A stretch of DNA of 64,000 nucleotides from the human T2T-CHM13v2.0 reference genome, Homo sapiens. Numbering within the stretch: the stretch's first letter is position 1; each line of letters opens with the position of its first letter. Location: NCBI RefSeq assembly GCF_009914755.1, contig NC_060946.1, one strand, 5' to 3'. The translations under genes were made by a program, and so were the position numbers. Positions 29,196 through 46,420 of this stretch are shown piece by piece. A model generated the notes under the pieces. It made no database searches, was not told where the DNA came from, and saw nothing but the letters and a program-made list of their open reading frames with translations.

Positions 29196-30086
29196 TTCTT
29201 TCTTTACTAAGAGAAGCTCTGAAGAAGATGAAATGGTACAGTCACAGGGAGCCTGGAGAGATCCCACCACGGCAGCCTGTCAAATGGTGCCTGCATATGG
29301 AAGACAGCTGTGGTGGCTGGAGTTTCTTAAGCGGCAAGCCCTGCTACTGAGAAAAGAGCAGAGCTTTCCTCGTGGAGTTAGACCAAGGAAGATTCATCCC
29401 AAAAAACCTAAAAATTCCACATTACCCATAACTGAAATCTTAGGAAAAACTGACCCAATGAGTTGGCATAACACGATCTCTTTAGTGGACCCCAGATGAT
29501 ATAAACCTGTAGATTTTTCTCAACAATTAAAATAACGTGGACCCCATTACAATTAACCTATGACACTTTTTGGATAGCTTATCTTCTACTACCTCCTGCA
29601 GAAAAATCCTCCCTATACAGAACTCAACAAATCTCCAATTCCTCTGTCCATTACCTCATTGGCCAATACTCACCCTTGCTAGGGCCACTTTGGGTCCTCA
29701 GGCCACGTTGTTATTTGTGTTCTGTTCCCTAAAAACCGTCAGAGAGACTGAGTTGAACGCACTCCACACACTGATGATGATGGCAGATGGCCAGAGGCAG
29801 TTACGGAAGAAAGAAAAGACAGTGGGGTCACAGCTCAGCTCTGCCTTCCTGCTAAGGTGTCTCCTGCATCGGCCTTGGGCCTCAGCTGCACCCCATCCTC
29901 ACCCTCATCCCCCGTTAAAGCTAGAAAACTGGCTCCCCTACCCCAAAAACCAGAGGGAGCCCTCGACAGGGCAAGCTGAATCATCCGCCCATGGAGTGGA
30001 CCATAGCACCAACACACAGTAGCCAGCAGGGCCAGAACTGACCACAAGAAGTGGGCTGAAGCAGGGCAGCCTGGTCTCAGGGCCTG

Positions 30087-31144
<1,058 letters not shown>

Positions 31145-31769
31145 TAAGTAGGTTAGGGAAACAGATAGCTCTCCCTGCCCATAAGAACAGAATCCTTCTG
31201 GGACAGAAAAATAAAGGCAAATAAAGGGGGGAAAAACATGGAAAGGGTACAGAAAAAAAAATTAACTGGATGGAAGACAGACCTTATAAGGCAAGGCTGA
31301 AGGAACTGAACTCATTTGACATGGACGAAAAGCTCATGATACCTTCCCTACCTTCAAGACTCAATGGCATCCCAATGCCTAGGAGTGCACTCTGTAAGCA
31401 AAGAGCACTTAACGTCTGTGGATAAACTGATGAGCAAAAGGAGGCTTCTCTCTCAGCCTCATGGGGACACAGGAAGAGAAGGTGTGCACAGAAAGCAGCA
31501 CCACAGTTCCCGGAAGGCATCTTCCCTCCAGGCTGAGCGCGGCTGTGGCTCCCTGCCCCAGCATGGCTAGCTCACTCCCATTCCTACAGTAGCTTCCGCA
31601 TCTCTTCATGGGTGCTGTTCTCACTACACTGTTGCTACGGGCTCCGTGCTGGGGGTCAGCGATTCATGTCCTCTTCCCCTGTGTGTATGTAGGCCTCTGT
31701 GTACATGCGTGTGCATGTGTCCTGAAGCCTGGTCCTAGGACATAATGGATGCAGAATAAATGAAGTCAG

Positions 31770-32700
31770 CAAATATTTACTGTTCACTCTATGTGCCAGG
31801 CACTGAAGGCAGAAGAGTGAACAAAACAAAAATTCCTGTCCTCATGGAGCTTCGTTCTAGTGAGGGGACAGGTACCACACATGCGAACCCAGCATATGGG
31901 AAGGAAACACGCACCCTGGAACACCCCGCCCAGGAGTGTGTGTGGGAAGGAGACTCCAGGAGCTCTGCGAACTGTTCTGGAACTGGACCTGTTCAGGATT
32001 GGCAAGGGGCTCCGGGAACAGATCCTATGGGTGTGAGACTGTGTCCCCGTCCGCTTAGGGAAGGACCATGGGGGTGAGAGGGTGGGGGGAAGGAGGCAGA
32101 TTTGGAAACAGACACCCGCCCCAGGGTCAGATTTGACCCAGGGGGGCCCGCAAAGTGGGGAAGGAGGAGAGGAAGCACTAAGCTGTGCCAGGGAGATTCT
32201 GAGGCGAGCAGGAGCAGAGCAAGGACCGAAGGAGCCAGCACGGGGTCACTGGGAGTCCTCCAGGCATGGAAAGAGCACGAGCTCAGCAGGAGGTGCTGGG
32301 TCACGAGGTGAGCAGGGCAACTAGACGGTGCGGGACCTGGTAGGCCACCTGGCAGCTTTGGCATTGACTGGGGTGCGAGGGGAACCACTGCAGGAGTCTG
32401 AGCAGGGAAGAATGACATCGCTACCGTGTGTTACCAGGGGGTCCTGGTTGCCAGCTGCCAGCACACCTAGGGACACCGGGGTGGGCATAGGGAAGCCAAT
32501 CTGGAAGTGCCTGCAAAAATCCAGAGGATGGCTGGCGGTGGCCTGGCCTAGGAGTCAGTGTAGGTTGTAATGAGAAGCCAAACATGAAGGCAGGGCTCAC
32601 AGGACCTGCTAATGGCTAAAACATGAGGTGTGAGAACCAGAAAGAAATGCAAAGATTTCTGGTCTGAGAACTGAAGAGATAATGAAAAAGAAGCTAACAA
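31770..32700 (-). mobile_element. L2 fragments (discontinuous)
   Basis: cagcaaatatttactg...tatgtgccaggcactg...cctgtcctcatggagctt; ggaaccactgcaggagtctgagcagggaagaatgacatc. Confidence 0.6.
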
Positions 32701-34242
32701 AAGCACAAACATAAATCTCCTTCCCGCTGGGTCCTACTAGAGGCAGCAGAAAGGATTGAATAACCCGCGGCCATTCTCACTGGGGGAGCGTCAGCCCCGG
32801 GCGACAGACACCTAGTGGAGGCCCCTTCCCCCTCAGATCTGACCAGGAGAGCATCAGTCTCCAAATCTGCCTCCTTCCCCCCATCCTCTCACCCCCATGG
32901 TCCTTCCCTAAGTGAAGGGGCACATAGTCTCACACCCATGGGATCTGCTCCCAGAGCCCCTTGCCAAGCCTGAACAGGTCCAGAACAGCTTTGCAGAGCT
33001 CCTGGAGTCCCCTTCCCACACACACTCCTGGGTGCCACTTCAGGAAGCAATCATATCTCCAACATGGCAGGAGGTGGCCCAGACTTGGGGTGTGGGTGGG
33101 AGAACAAGGCCTGCACCCCTAACCGACTCTGGGGCTGGGCCTGCCCTTAGCCATTCTAGAGTTAGCGCCCCTTCCAAGGCAGGCCCACCCCACCCCAACC
33201 CTGCTGCTGCCACCAGTGCCATGGCCTGCCTGCCTCCAGTTGCTCCTCTTCACCACCACCTCACCTTCCAATGGGCAAGCGGCGGGGCTGTGCAGTACCA
33301 CAAGATCAGCCTTTGCAAATATCTGTTTGGGGTTTCCTTTCCTAGGCAAATCCATATAACCTATTCCCTAAACATTCAAACTAAGACAGACTATAGGACT
33401 TACAGAAAAATGGGTTCAAAATGAGGCAAAGATAGGAAAGTGCTTCTTACAGATAATTTTCAAGGCCAGTGACTGGAGAGAGGGGTAGGTCTGTCAATCG
33501 AGTGCTTGCTGACTGCACATATCACATGGCATGTGACGACTGCTGGGAGAGGAAAGCGAGACATCATTCCAACCCTCCAGAAGCTAAAGATCCTGGAACT
33601 CAAGGGGAAAACTAACGTAAGTGCGAAAGCGAACAAGCAAACAGGACATCCTCAACTGGGCAGGCAGGCTGTCGGGGTACAGAGCTGGGATCTGGGAAGG
33701 AACAGAGAGGGCCGCTCAGGGAGAGGAAGCACAGTGCCACCGGAGGCACGCACTCAGCAGGCACTCGCAGGCTGGGCAGAGGTAGAGAAGCAGCGCTGCA
33801 CAGGCAGGCAGCTGACCCAGGGCTCTTAGAGCCGGGCAGGAGAGCTGGTGTGGGACCTGGGAGGAGGACAGGAGCCTTCAAAGCAGCATCGCCTGATTGC
33901 AGCCAGGAGGGTGACATCAAGGAAGATGGAACTGCGGCCAGGCCACATCCAGGGGTGCTCGAGCACAAGAAAAAAGGGGATGGGTTAGAACTGCAGCAGT
34001 GGGAACCAGAATTTAAAAAGGGAAAATTATTCGACAAATTTGGAGCACTAACTATGGCAGGTGTAGTTTTAGGTGCTAGGAATAAGCAATGAGCTTATTC
34101 CTAGAATAAGCAAATGAGCAAATGAACAGAAATGAAGCAAATGAGCTACACAGGGCGGCATAAAAACCAGCTGCTGGTGTTACTCCCTTCTTATCTGTAT
34201 CCTGTGAAAGGGCAGGAAGGTGACAAACACTTGTTTTTCTGT

Positions 34243-34780
<538 letters not shown>

Positions 34781-36549
34781 TGAGATGAAATGACAGCCAT
34801 CTCCATTCTTTAATGACAATGATTTTGCTCCCCTTGCCTTCACATAAATGCGGGCGAAGGACCTGACAGTCCCTATCTCCCAAGCACTGACGCAGGAGAG
34901 CTGTGAACACGTGATGGGCCTCCGTCGCCGGTTCCTTACCCTGCCACGGCCAAGCGCCATCATGCCTCCATGCAACCCCAAGGAGAGGAGGGCAGTGAGC
35001 ATCTCTGACACCCCTTGGCACTGAGGTGAGACTCTTCCTGTGAGCCCGCACCCCATCAACGTGCTCCATAAGCCATAGGAGTCACCACAAACTTCACAAG
35101 TGGATAATAGTCAGGCCTCACTGAAGACACAGCCACCCATGCTGATCCAGCCAGGAGGGTCGCTTCTGTGTCTCCTCCTACTCCACACCCACATGAATCC
35201 CACAGGCCAATCATTGCCTTGCAAGGTAAGATGCCCTGGTGCAGACAAGGAGCCGCTTTACCCATCAGGCTACCAGCTGAGGGTCAAATAGGCACAAGGT
35301 CGTGGGGACATATTTTAAGGACGTGGTCCCTACTCTTGCTGCATTTATAATACACAGTACAATCTGAGACCCTCGCAAATTTTGTAACACAATGGCAATA
35401 ACAACCATTATTGGTTACCAACTAATTGGTACCATTAAGGTAATAACAGAGAGACTTCCTTCTGGGCCTTCCCCAAAGGCAGACAAAGGTTGGTTTGCTT
35501 CCTAATCTCAGTCTCCAGGACATTACAAACAAAGGATTCAAAATGGTGTTACTACTGGAGCTGGAATTCCGTGTTCTAACAAGAATGAAGAAAAGAGCCA
35601 ATCAAGACCCAAAAAATCTGCCTCTCCTCAGCTCAAGAGGAAGAAGGCCAGCCTGCTGTTGCCCTCTGTCCCTGCATTCCACAGCACCAGGCTCTTCCCT
35701 CACATCCCTCTCCTCACATTCTTACCTTATATGATTGAGGCCAAATATGCAAAGCCCTGTCTCCCAGCCATGTACACAGTAGCTGCTGGCTGAGGACACT
35801 GCTGCCAACGCCACAGGCCCCAGCGAACAGCCCTGACTCTTATGTGATGATCTGCTTTTGGGTCCTGTCACTATCTGCGCACACAGCACACGTCCACATG
35901 TATCACTGACCAACCCTAACAGGGCAAGGGTGGGGATGTCAGAGATTAGCTCCACAGGACTTGGACCCTACGTGAAGATTAAAAATTTAAAATCAAACTC
36001 GGGCATTTCTGCCATCTGTAACCCACCTCCACACTAGAACCCTCTGACAGAAAGTTTCTGTGAGTAGGGAAATCTGGTCCACAAATAAGCTGTCCCTTTA
36101 AAGATCTGCAGCAACTTAAAACCAGCTGGTTTCTAGTACGAGCCAGTCCTCAGAAAGTAACTCTCACTTCAACTACAGAGGATAAGGTCCAATGATTTTG
36201 AGTTTTGTTTTAAAAAACAAAGCAAAACAAAAACCCCGAATTGCTCAGCTGGGACACTGGCTGGTTCAGGAGGGCTGGGGGTTTTCAGAAGCAGCAGCCG
36301 CATGGCACTGCTGACCGTAAGCGCACTGCTAAACTGAAGCACGGTGGAGGTCTGGGAAAAGGGGAAAGCAAACACTCCAAAACAGAAACGCCATCGCTGA
36401 AAGGGCACAGAGCAGGTGCGGGCCTGCCCCCAGGTGTCTCCCACTCCCTGCGGTAGGAAGTCCTCTGACAGAGGGAGGAAACTGGGCCAAAGGAAATCCA
36501 TGCATCCGCTGCTCTCCTTTCCCTCCTTCCCCTTCTATTTAAAAAGAAG

Positions 36550-36617
36550 AGAGTTTGAGACCAGCCTGGGCAACACAGTGAGACCCCGTCTCCAAAAAAA
36601 AAAAAAAAAAAAAAAGA
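36550..36617 (+). mobile_element. Short 5'-truncated Alu left-monomer fragment with poly-A
   Basis: gagtttgagaccagcctgggcaacacagtgagaccccgtctcc plus A-run; flanked by aaaaagaag. Confidence 0.8.
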
Positions 36618-36929
36618 AGGGAACTATTTCTGTGCCTGAGAATGGCTGTGCTTGCGAGAGTCCTTCTGTATCAGAAAGCAATGACTTTTTACAGGATTGC
36701 AATAATACCCGGAACCCCTAAAAGACCCTGGAACTGGCACAAGGGTGCCTATAATTTTAATGCTTAAGAGAGGTCCTGAAGGCATGTCACTAACACAATG
36801 ATTAGAGACCATTTCTTACCACACATCAGAGAGTCTTCATGCTTTGGTCTCCTACCTTAGAGAAAGCACTGACTCCATTCATCCCAAGGACTGAAATAAT
36901 GGTGCTGATGAAGATGAGGCTCCCAGGAA

Positions 36930-37320
36930 TAACTGCAGCTATAGTGTATTCATCACTTACTACTGATATACTGATTGTCACTGTGAGTTAAGTATTTAAT
37001 ACAGCGATCAGCCTCATGTGATAGACAAGAAAAAGGAGACAGAGAGGCTACGTAACTTGCCCCAAGTCACACAGTAAGAGCTGACACCTGATCCCAGGAA
37101 GCCTGGAACCGTGAACACTAAGTAGCCTCTCTACTGATATCTGCTATCATCTTAATCCAGAAACCACCCTGTAAGTAGTTATAATTATCTGCAAGTTACA
37201 GATAAGGGGGAAAATAGAATTAAGAAAGGTCAGATCACTTGTCCAACTACTAAGCTATAAAGCCAGGAGTCAAAAATCCAGGTCTCCAACCTCCACATTC
37301 TATGCCTTTTCACTACACTG
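36930..37320 (-). mobile_element. Two MIR fragments
   Basis: gtaacttgcccaagtcacacag; gatcacttgtccaactactaagct. Confidence 0.6.
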
Positions 37321-38868
37321 CACTCGAGGGTGGTCTGACCAACCACCACGGGACCAACCACCGTGGGACTTCCATGTAGACAGCTGTTCCCAGGACCAGA
37401 AGAAATAATACTGGGCCACAGGGCACACAGGCAATGAAGAGTCAACACACATGAACTAGAGAGGAGTCGGAGGTAACTCCATGCCATGCAGGATCTGCCA
37501 TCTGCTGCCAGCTTCATCATTCTCAGACAGAACCCTCATCCTGCCACATCCTGCTTGACAACCACACACGTTTCCTTATCATCCACTGCTTCATGCCTCC
37601 CATCGAATTTCCAGTCCCTGACTCTGGCCACCCAGCTTCATCCCACTTTCCCTGAGATAACTGCCCTCCAAAGTGGCCCCACGGCCTGTGGGCACATTCC
37701 ACTCCCTCGGGCCTGGGTGTGGTTCCCCACACCTGAGCGCTCCTCCTCCCCTCTCCAGCCTTATTCCAGAACCCGGCAGAAGACCTGCCTTCTTCACAAA
37801 GCCTCCATCTCTTCTCGTCCTTTCTGAGCCCCTCCACCTCCTCACTCCTCTGCAGTTCCAAACAATTCAATCCTTATTCATATCCAGACAGTACTGTTTG
37901 CATTGTTTCTGTTTCTCCAATGGAAAATTCCTCAGGGGAAGAACCATGACCAATCCTCAGGAGATGAGGGTAGCAGAGGGCTTCAGAGCACAGGCTTGGG
38001 AGTTGGACTGAGATTAATCCTGACTCTGCCACACACTTGGCTGTCCAATTCCTAGTTAACTCCCCTGCCAATGGTGATAAAGACAGTACCAACTGTCTAG
38101 GGTATTTCTAGGAAGTAAACGACAGAATGCATTTCTAAAGCATCTTCCATGATACCTGGCAAAAATGGTCCATGAGTAATTATTTCAGTGATTATGTATC
38201 TGCCCCCAGTGTAGCCTGAGGCTTGCTAAATGTGCAGCTGGAACTCAGGAAGCAGCTGCAATTAATTGACAGAAAATTATTGGAGGTTAGGGGTTATCTG
38301 TAAGAACTAGACAAAGGAAGAAAAGTAAGAGGGAATTCAAGAAAGTGAAATAGCAGATGGGAATGGGTAGTGGAACAGGGGAAATAGGATCCAAGGACTA
38401 AGTCAAATCTGTAAGTACTTCCTGGGCACCCATGTGTGCACACACTCCATGGGACTGATCAAGGGTAGGTGAGACAGAGGTTCCATGGACAAGGGCCACC
38501 ATCCAGCTAAGCAGTCAACCAGCACGTGCTGAAAGAACAGAACACCTGTGGCACAGATGCAAATGAACAGGACGGCCAGCATCCCTGGTCTATCCTGGCA
38601 TAACTACTCGTTTTCACCATCAGTGATTTTGTTATCTTTATGTGATAGAGGCTATTCCATACAACCTATTGGCTGAAAATAATGCCTAACAATAAAAAAG
38701 CTACTAAGAATTCAACATTTTCCCATGCATTTGTATTCTGTTCATCACAACGGCATCTACACACCCTGCAAAAAAAGTAGAACACATATATTTGAGGCAT
38801 TTACTCAAGCGACAATATTTGATGAATCTGCCCTATGGATTCAGTCTTGGCCACTGGGCAGTGTACGT

Positions 38869-38872
<4 letters not shown>

Positions 38873-38910
<38 letters not shown>
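38873..38910. repeat. (AC)19 microsatellite
   Basis: Pure AC run. Confidence 0.97.
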
Positions 38911-38912
<2 letters not shown>

Positions 38913-39027
38913 ATGCCTACAGCTTGGGGATCCCACTGACAACAGCTCAGAAGAGAGGTAAAGGTTAAGGACAGGCTTCTAACAAATTCAGTTCAATACA
39001 TTTAAGTACATATTATAATAAAAATGA

Positions 39028-39460
39028 GGACCAGGTGTGGTGGCTCACGCCTGTAATCCCAGCACTTTGGGAGGCCAAGATGGGAAGATCACTTGAGACC
39101 AGAAATTTGAGACCAGCCTGGGCAACACAGCGAAACCCCTTCTCTATTGTAAAAATGACTAAAAATTGGCTGGGCGTGGTGGCTCACGCCTGTAATCCCA
39201 GCACTTTGGGAGGCCGAGGTGGGCAGATCACTAGGTCAGGAGTTCAAGACCAGCCTGACCAACATGGTGAAACCCTGTCTCTACTAAAAATACAAAAATT
39301 AGCCAGGCGTGGTCACGCACACCTGTAATCCCAGCTACTCAGAAGCCTGAGGCAGGAGAATCGCTTGAACCTGGGAGGCGGAGGTTGCAGTGAGCCAAGG
39401 TTGCACCCTGTACTTCAGCCTGGATGACAGAGCGAGACTCCGTCTCAAAAAAAAAAAAAG
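39028..39460 (+). mobile_element. Alu left monomer (39028-39165) followed by an AluS dimer (39168-39460)
   Basis: Two consecutive left arms, then a right arm and poly-A. Confidence 0.88.
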
Positions 39461-40421
39461 AGTAAAATTTAAAAATTAAATAAAATAATTATTAAATGAT
39501 GCTTGTAAAAGTAGGTAAATAGATGCAAGTTTCACGGAAGAAAGGGTGGATCTGAGGAGATCCTGAAGGATGAGACCAAGTCCAGCAGAGTGAAGAGGAA
39601 AGAAAGGAAATGGCGAGAATTCACATGAGCAAAGGGGGAATCAGATAGCGTGCCCAGTGCCGAGCCCTGCCTCTGTGGAAGCGTTGGGGGAGGGAGAAAA
39701 GCCTAGCAACCTTGCCAGAGCTCAGACCCGCCCTACTGAGGGGACACTCACAGGTGAGCAGGTGTTCACAGGTGAGGACACTCCACGGGGGAGCAGCACA
39801 GGAGCCGGGAGCTGCTCTGGGAAGAGCTGAGGCGCCAGAGCTCCACAGTCGCAGACTCAAACCGGAGACCTCACCAGACCCTGGCTCGGGCAAGCTTCCT
39901 CAGGCTACATTTCCCCACCACAAAACAAAGATATATTAGTATGTGCCTCTTATGGATGTAATGATTTTGAGGTGAGGTTCAAATAAACAACCAACCTGAA
40001 ATGCCTGGGAGAGTGTCCAACTGAGAGCCAATACTCAAAGAGTGATATAATAATTACCACAACCACTAATGCCCCACCGAGCCGCTGAAAGAAAGGCCGG
40101 TTCCACACTTTAGCTCACCTTCCTCAAACAGATGTGGCCACCAAACAGTTTGACGTAGGATATATGGAAAGCATACTAAAGGAGCTCGAGGGAAGTTAGG
40201 CGCTTTTAGATTAGCATGGGGCGACAAACTTTAAACATGCCTTGTGACCAAAAACTATGAATTCAACATTTTAAATAGATTTGTATTTTATTAACTACAA
40301 ATAAATGGTCTCATGGGTAAATTAACCAATGCAAAAAATGGTCAGTTTTTAAAGACTTTATAAACAAAATTATCCCCCAACACACAAAGTCAAAAATATG
40401 TAAAATTCAATGACTTATTAA

Positions 40422-40743
<322 letters not shown>

Positions 40744-41694
40744 AAATGAGGACTCTTGTAGAAATACATGTGCTTTTCTCTAAGGGACGAGAAAGAAATG
40801 TAAAATGAGCAGTTTGTCCGCAGATCGTGCTTCTTGGGTTGGTCTGGAGCCGACAGGCGTTGTGGAATGACAGTGTCCATCTGGAGATTAAAATGAGAAC
40901 TCCTTTGTTCTAGGCAAGACACATGCTTTTTTTTCTCTTCCTTCCTTCTTCCTTCTTCCCTGCCACCTTTATTCCTTTTTTGGTTTATCTTAGAAATGAT
41001 TTAAGGCAACATGGGCCCTTGATCTGTGAGGAGGTGAGGCAGGACTGTTACTCTGTTCTGTGGAATTCTAGAAACTTATTTTGGGACTTTGGAGGTATTC
41101 GCTTTTTCCTAAGCTCTCAGAATCATTTTTGAGAAGCAGACGATGCTGCTAGCCAGAACAGCTGTGAGAAGCGCAGCGTCTAGGATGGCCTCTTTGCCGA
41201 CACCCTGGGATGGGTGCATGCTTCCTCATGTTTTAGAGAGAACTGAGGCTCTCAGCTCTCCCTGTGTGCTGGGATGCCGTCTGTGACTTGCCTGAGAAAA
41301 TACCTATGGAATGAGTGTGAGGGCCTCATGAGGTCACGTCCACGAAAGCACTGGGAGCTCGTCAGAGGAGAAGGGCACTCTGAGGCCACATAGTCGGTAA
41401 TCAGACTTCCCTTTGGTCCACATCTCTGCCCTGGCTGCCAGGATTCACAGTGTGCAGAGGGACTGGGCCGTTGCTCCAGCCCCTCCAGCAGGTTAGCAGG
41501 CTCTGTGCCACTGTCCCCAGAGAAGTCTCCCTGAGTGGGGTCTGTGGGCTCTTCTCTCGGTCCCACCTTCAACACCCACTTTTCTCAGCCTGGTGAGAAG
41601 GGAGGACAGATGGCTTCCCCTCCACTGTCCCCCGCCCATGTTGTTGAATGGGATTTGAGAATGGACGCCAGGTTCTAAATCTGCCATTCCGTCT

Positions 41695-41842
41695 GTCCTT
41701 GAGTGAGCGGCTGACCAGCTGCTGGCCCATGCTTAGAGGATCTTCGTGGTCTGCCCCAGGGCCCACTGGTCCTTGAGTGAGCGGCTGACCAGCTGCAGGG
41801 CCATGATCAGAGGATCTTCGTGATCTGCCGCAGGGCCCACTG
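41695..41842. repeat. 74-bp tandem duplication (68/74 identical)
   Basis: gtccttgagtgagcggctgaccagctgc...agggcccactg at 41695-41768 and 41769-41842. Confidence 0.95.
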
Positions 41843-42304
41843 GTTGGAGGCCCCTTTGGGAGTCAGATAACAGAACTCTGCAGTCACGGCTGTGACCGAC
41901 TCACTATGTGGCAGATGGGCTTCTGTGCTTTTTAGTTCTCACTTCCTGAGAAGTGTCAGGTTTCAGCACTAATATCATGTATACATTTTAAAAAATCCAA
42001 AATCAGAAGCAGAATTTAGTAATTCCCCACCACTTCCTATGTTCCCTCCTCTAACACCTGTAATATTCCTGGCACACAGTAGGTGCCTTAAACAGGTCCT
42101 TGAATTGGGGTTGGTGAGAAAAGGTGCTAAGTCTGTCTTTCCAAGCCATTTAATTGAGCAGCATTTTTTTTTAATGTGGAAAATTTTTTTATCTGTTACG
42201 TCTTTCCTATTATATTTATCTTGTCCTTGATTTCAGCACCCCACCCGATTTGCAGGCAGTGCTTTCTAAACTGTGCCCTGTGAGCTGTTAAAAAGTCTTC
42301 TGGA

Positions 42305-42991
<687 letters not shown>

Positions 42992-45027
42992 AGGCACCAG
43001 ACACTGTGTTGGGGCTAAGCACAGAATGTGAACAGAACTCCTATGTCTCCTGTGCCCCAGAGATGGAAGGACAGTGGTGGACACAGCCATCGGTGTAAAA
43101 ACGTCAATATATAGATACATCCATACTTACACACTGTGAGAAAAAGAACAGCAGAACCTAAGACAGAACATCGGAAGGGGCCCCCTGGCCCTTCAGGTGG
43201 TAATGAAGAGGTATCCAGCCCGACCCGGGAGGGAGGATACCCAGGGAAAGGAGGAGCTTGCTCCAGGGGCAGAAGCAGCACACGTGCACCGGCACAGGCG
43301 ACAATGCACATGGCCTTCCAGGACCACCGGCCAGTGGGCTCAGGGCTCAGTGAGAGAGGAAGAGGAGGATGGCAAGGCAGGCAGGCCACTCCACACAAGG
43401 CCAGGCAAGGCCTCTTAACGAATCTGGATGCAAGGACCTTGCTTTTTCCTACATCTTTCATTGTTCCCAAGCCCAGTGCGCTCCTCAAGGCAAACACTAA
43501 GAACACATGCTCAGTTCAGCAAATCAGTTACAAACCAGTGGCTATTTAATAAGCAAGGTACTGTTAAAATCTTGGCCCTCAAATTTTATAATTTGGTTTG
43601 TAGAAAAAAGGAACCAGACCATCCCATCTCAAACAAAAAACAAAAAAATCTTGAGACAAGAAAATATATATCCTGAGGCAGTATCTGATTAAACACCAGA
43701 TGAAATGTTCAAGTCACATGGTCCACTGGAAGGGGAAATAATTCCCAGGTAAGGTGGTGATAACGGGTTTCCCAAAGAGGGTGGGACTCCAAGTAGAAAC
43801 TGAAATCTGGAGCGAACCAGGCTAAGCTACCTGGGAGGGTGGACCAGGCACACGCAACAGGTGAACGGACGTACGGGAGTAGGGACAGCAAGGCACATCG
43901 GGGAGGGGTAAGCACACAGAAAGGTTGAGCCCGCCTACAACACACAACAGCCCATCCCGGGCAGCTCACCCCCATCTTCAGGGCCTTGGAGGCAGAAGGA
44001 AGATTCCCACAGGTCAGGGCCCGGGGCTGGTCTCCTGGCAGGCACACTTTGGGGCAGCAGGAGAAGGAAGGTGAGTAAGACTGTCTGCCCCAGGAAAAAG
44101 GGCAAGGGCAGAGAGCTATGGATCTCATTCACTGGGATAAAAAATTAAGTGCCAAGGAGGGAGAGGAAAGGGAGGAAAAATAATCCAAATTGTTGTAGTA
44201 TTGTGCAACTGAAATTCCATGCATAAGCCAGGAAATTCAAAGGTCACAGTTCCCACAGCAACTGTAACCTGACCCGTCAGCTTAAGTAGCCTTTGGCACT
44301 GCCAGCCCCCAAGCGCCTGCAGCCCCTACAATGCCCACACAGACCTGCCCTCAGGCCCCTGCACGTCAGGCATGTTGCGCCTTGCCCAGCCGGGCCCACG
44401 TGGGCTGCCCACCTCTGGCTACAAGGGGCCCTCAGCCATGCCCAATAGTTCTCAGTTCTTTAAGGAGCGTCCTGTGACTCCGAGCCTACTTGCTGTGGGT
44501 CTTTACTTCTGACTCTTCTGTGGGGTGAGTAAGCCTCCTTCACCACCCAGATAGGGGGAAAAGGGAGAAGAGAGGTGTGTGCATGCAGACAGAGGCGCTG
44601 CTACCACCCTCTTCACTCATGCCCTGTGGCATCAACACTTGCCAAGCCTCACCATGGGGAAAACAAAGGTGGGGGGAGCCTGGGGAGGGAATGTTGTAGT
44701 TCAAAGGACATCAGAAAAGACGGCTTACCAAATGGGAGAAACTTTCTACCAGTCTGAAATCTGATAAGAGACTTACTTCTGTAGGGTATGTAACTGAGCA
44801 TATGATCCTTCCCAACAGGGCCTGGGACACCGGCTTGATCATCATGAGGCCCAGGACGGAGCCACACATAGGTCATGATAGTGGAAGCAGCATAGGGTGT
44901 GAAGCTGATGGCCACAACCGACCCCTTCCAGCCCCACTGTGGAACCGGGGTGGCAGTTCAGAGTTTGGGTGTCTGCTGTGTGCAGAAGGGAGACCAATCA
45001 GAGCCAGGCTTAGACGCAGGCAAATCA

Positions 45028-45340
<313 letters not shown>

Positions 45341-45801
45341 TGTTTAAGATACATAAATAAAAAACAAGTCCCCTGAGCTCCTCCTCCTATTTATCACAAC
45401 AGAAAAGACTGAAGACTCACCCAAAAATGGTTTATATCCTGGAAATCATACTTCCCTCTGGGCCATGGTTTATGTGAGCTGCCAAAATTCCAGGCTCAGG
45501 GCAAAGAATGACCTTCCTGTTACTCTGGCTCCCAGGGTGAACACAGGTAAGGAAAGTGACGAGGCAGTCAAGAGCAAAGCCCAGCTCCCTAGGGCTTTGT
45601 GAGGAAGACCAGCTCCACCACCCTGCTGTCTGCCCTGGGCCTGGCCCTCAACAGTGCTGATAAAACAGGCTTCAGGGGACTTCTGTGAGAAGTAAGTGAT
45701 GGTATGTACAGCAGAGCCTATGCTGCATGGCCTGGCACACAGAAGTTGCTCAATAAATGGGAATTACTAGTACTGCTGCTATTTCCACATTTCATGTTTT
45801 A

Positions 45802-46420
<619 letters not shown>

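Noticed and set aside
35843-35909. GTGATGA...CTGA spacing like a C/D box snoRNA
   Set aside because: No terminal stem, no recognisable rRNA guide, and antisense to the inferred host transcript.
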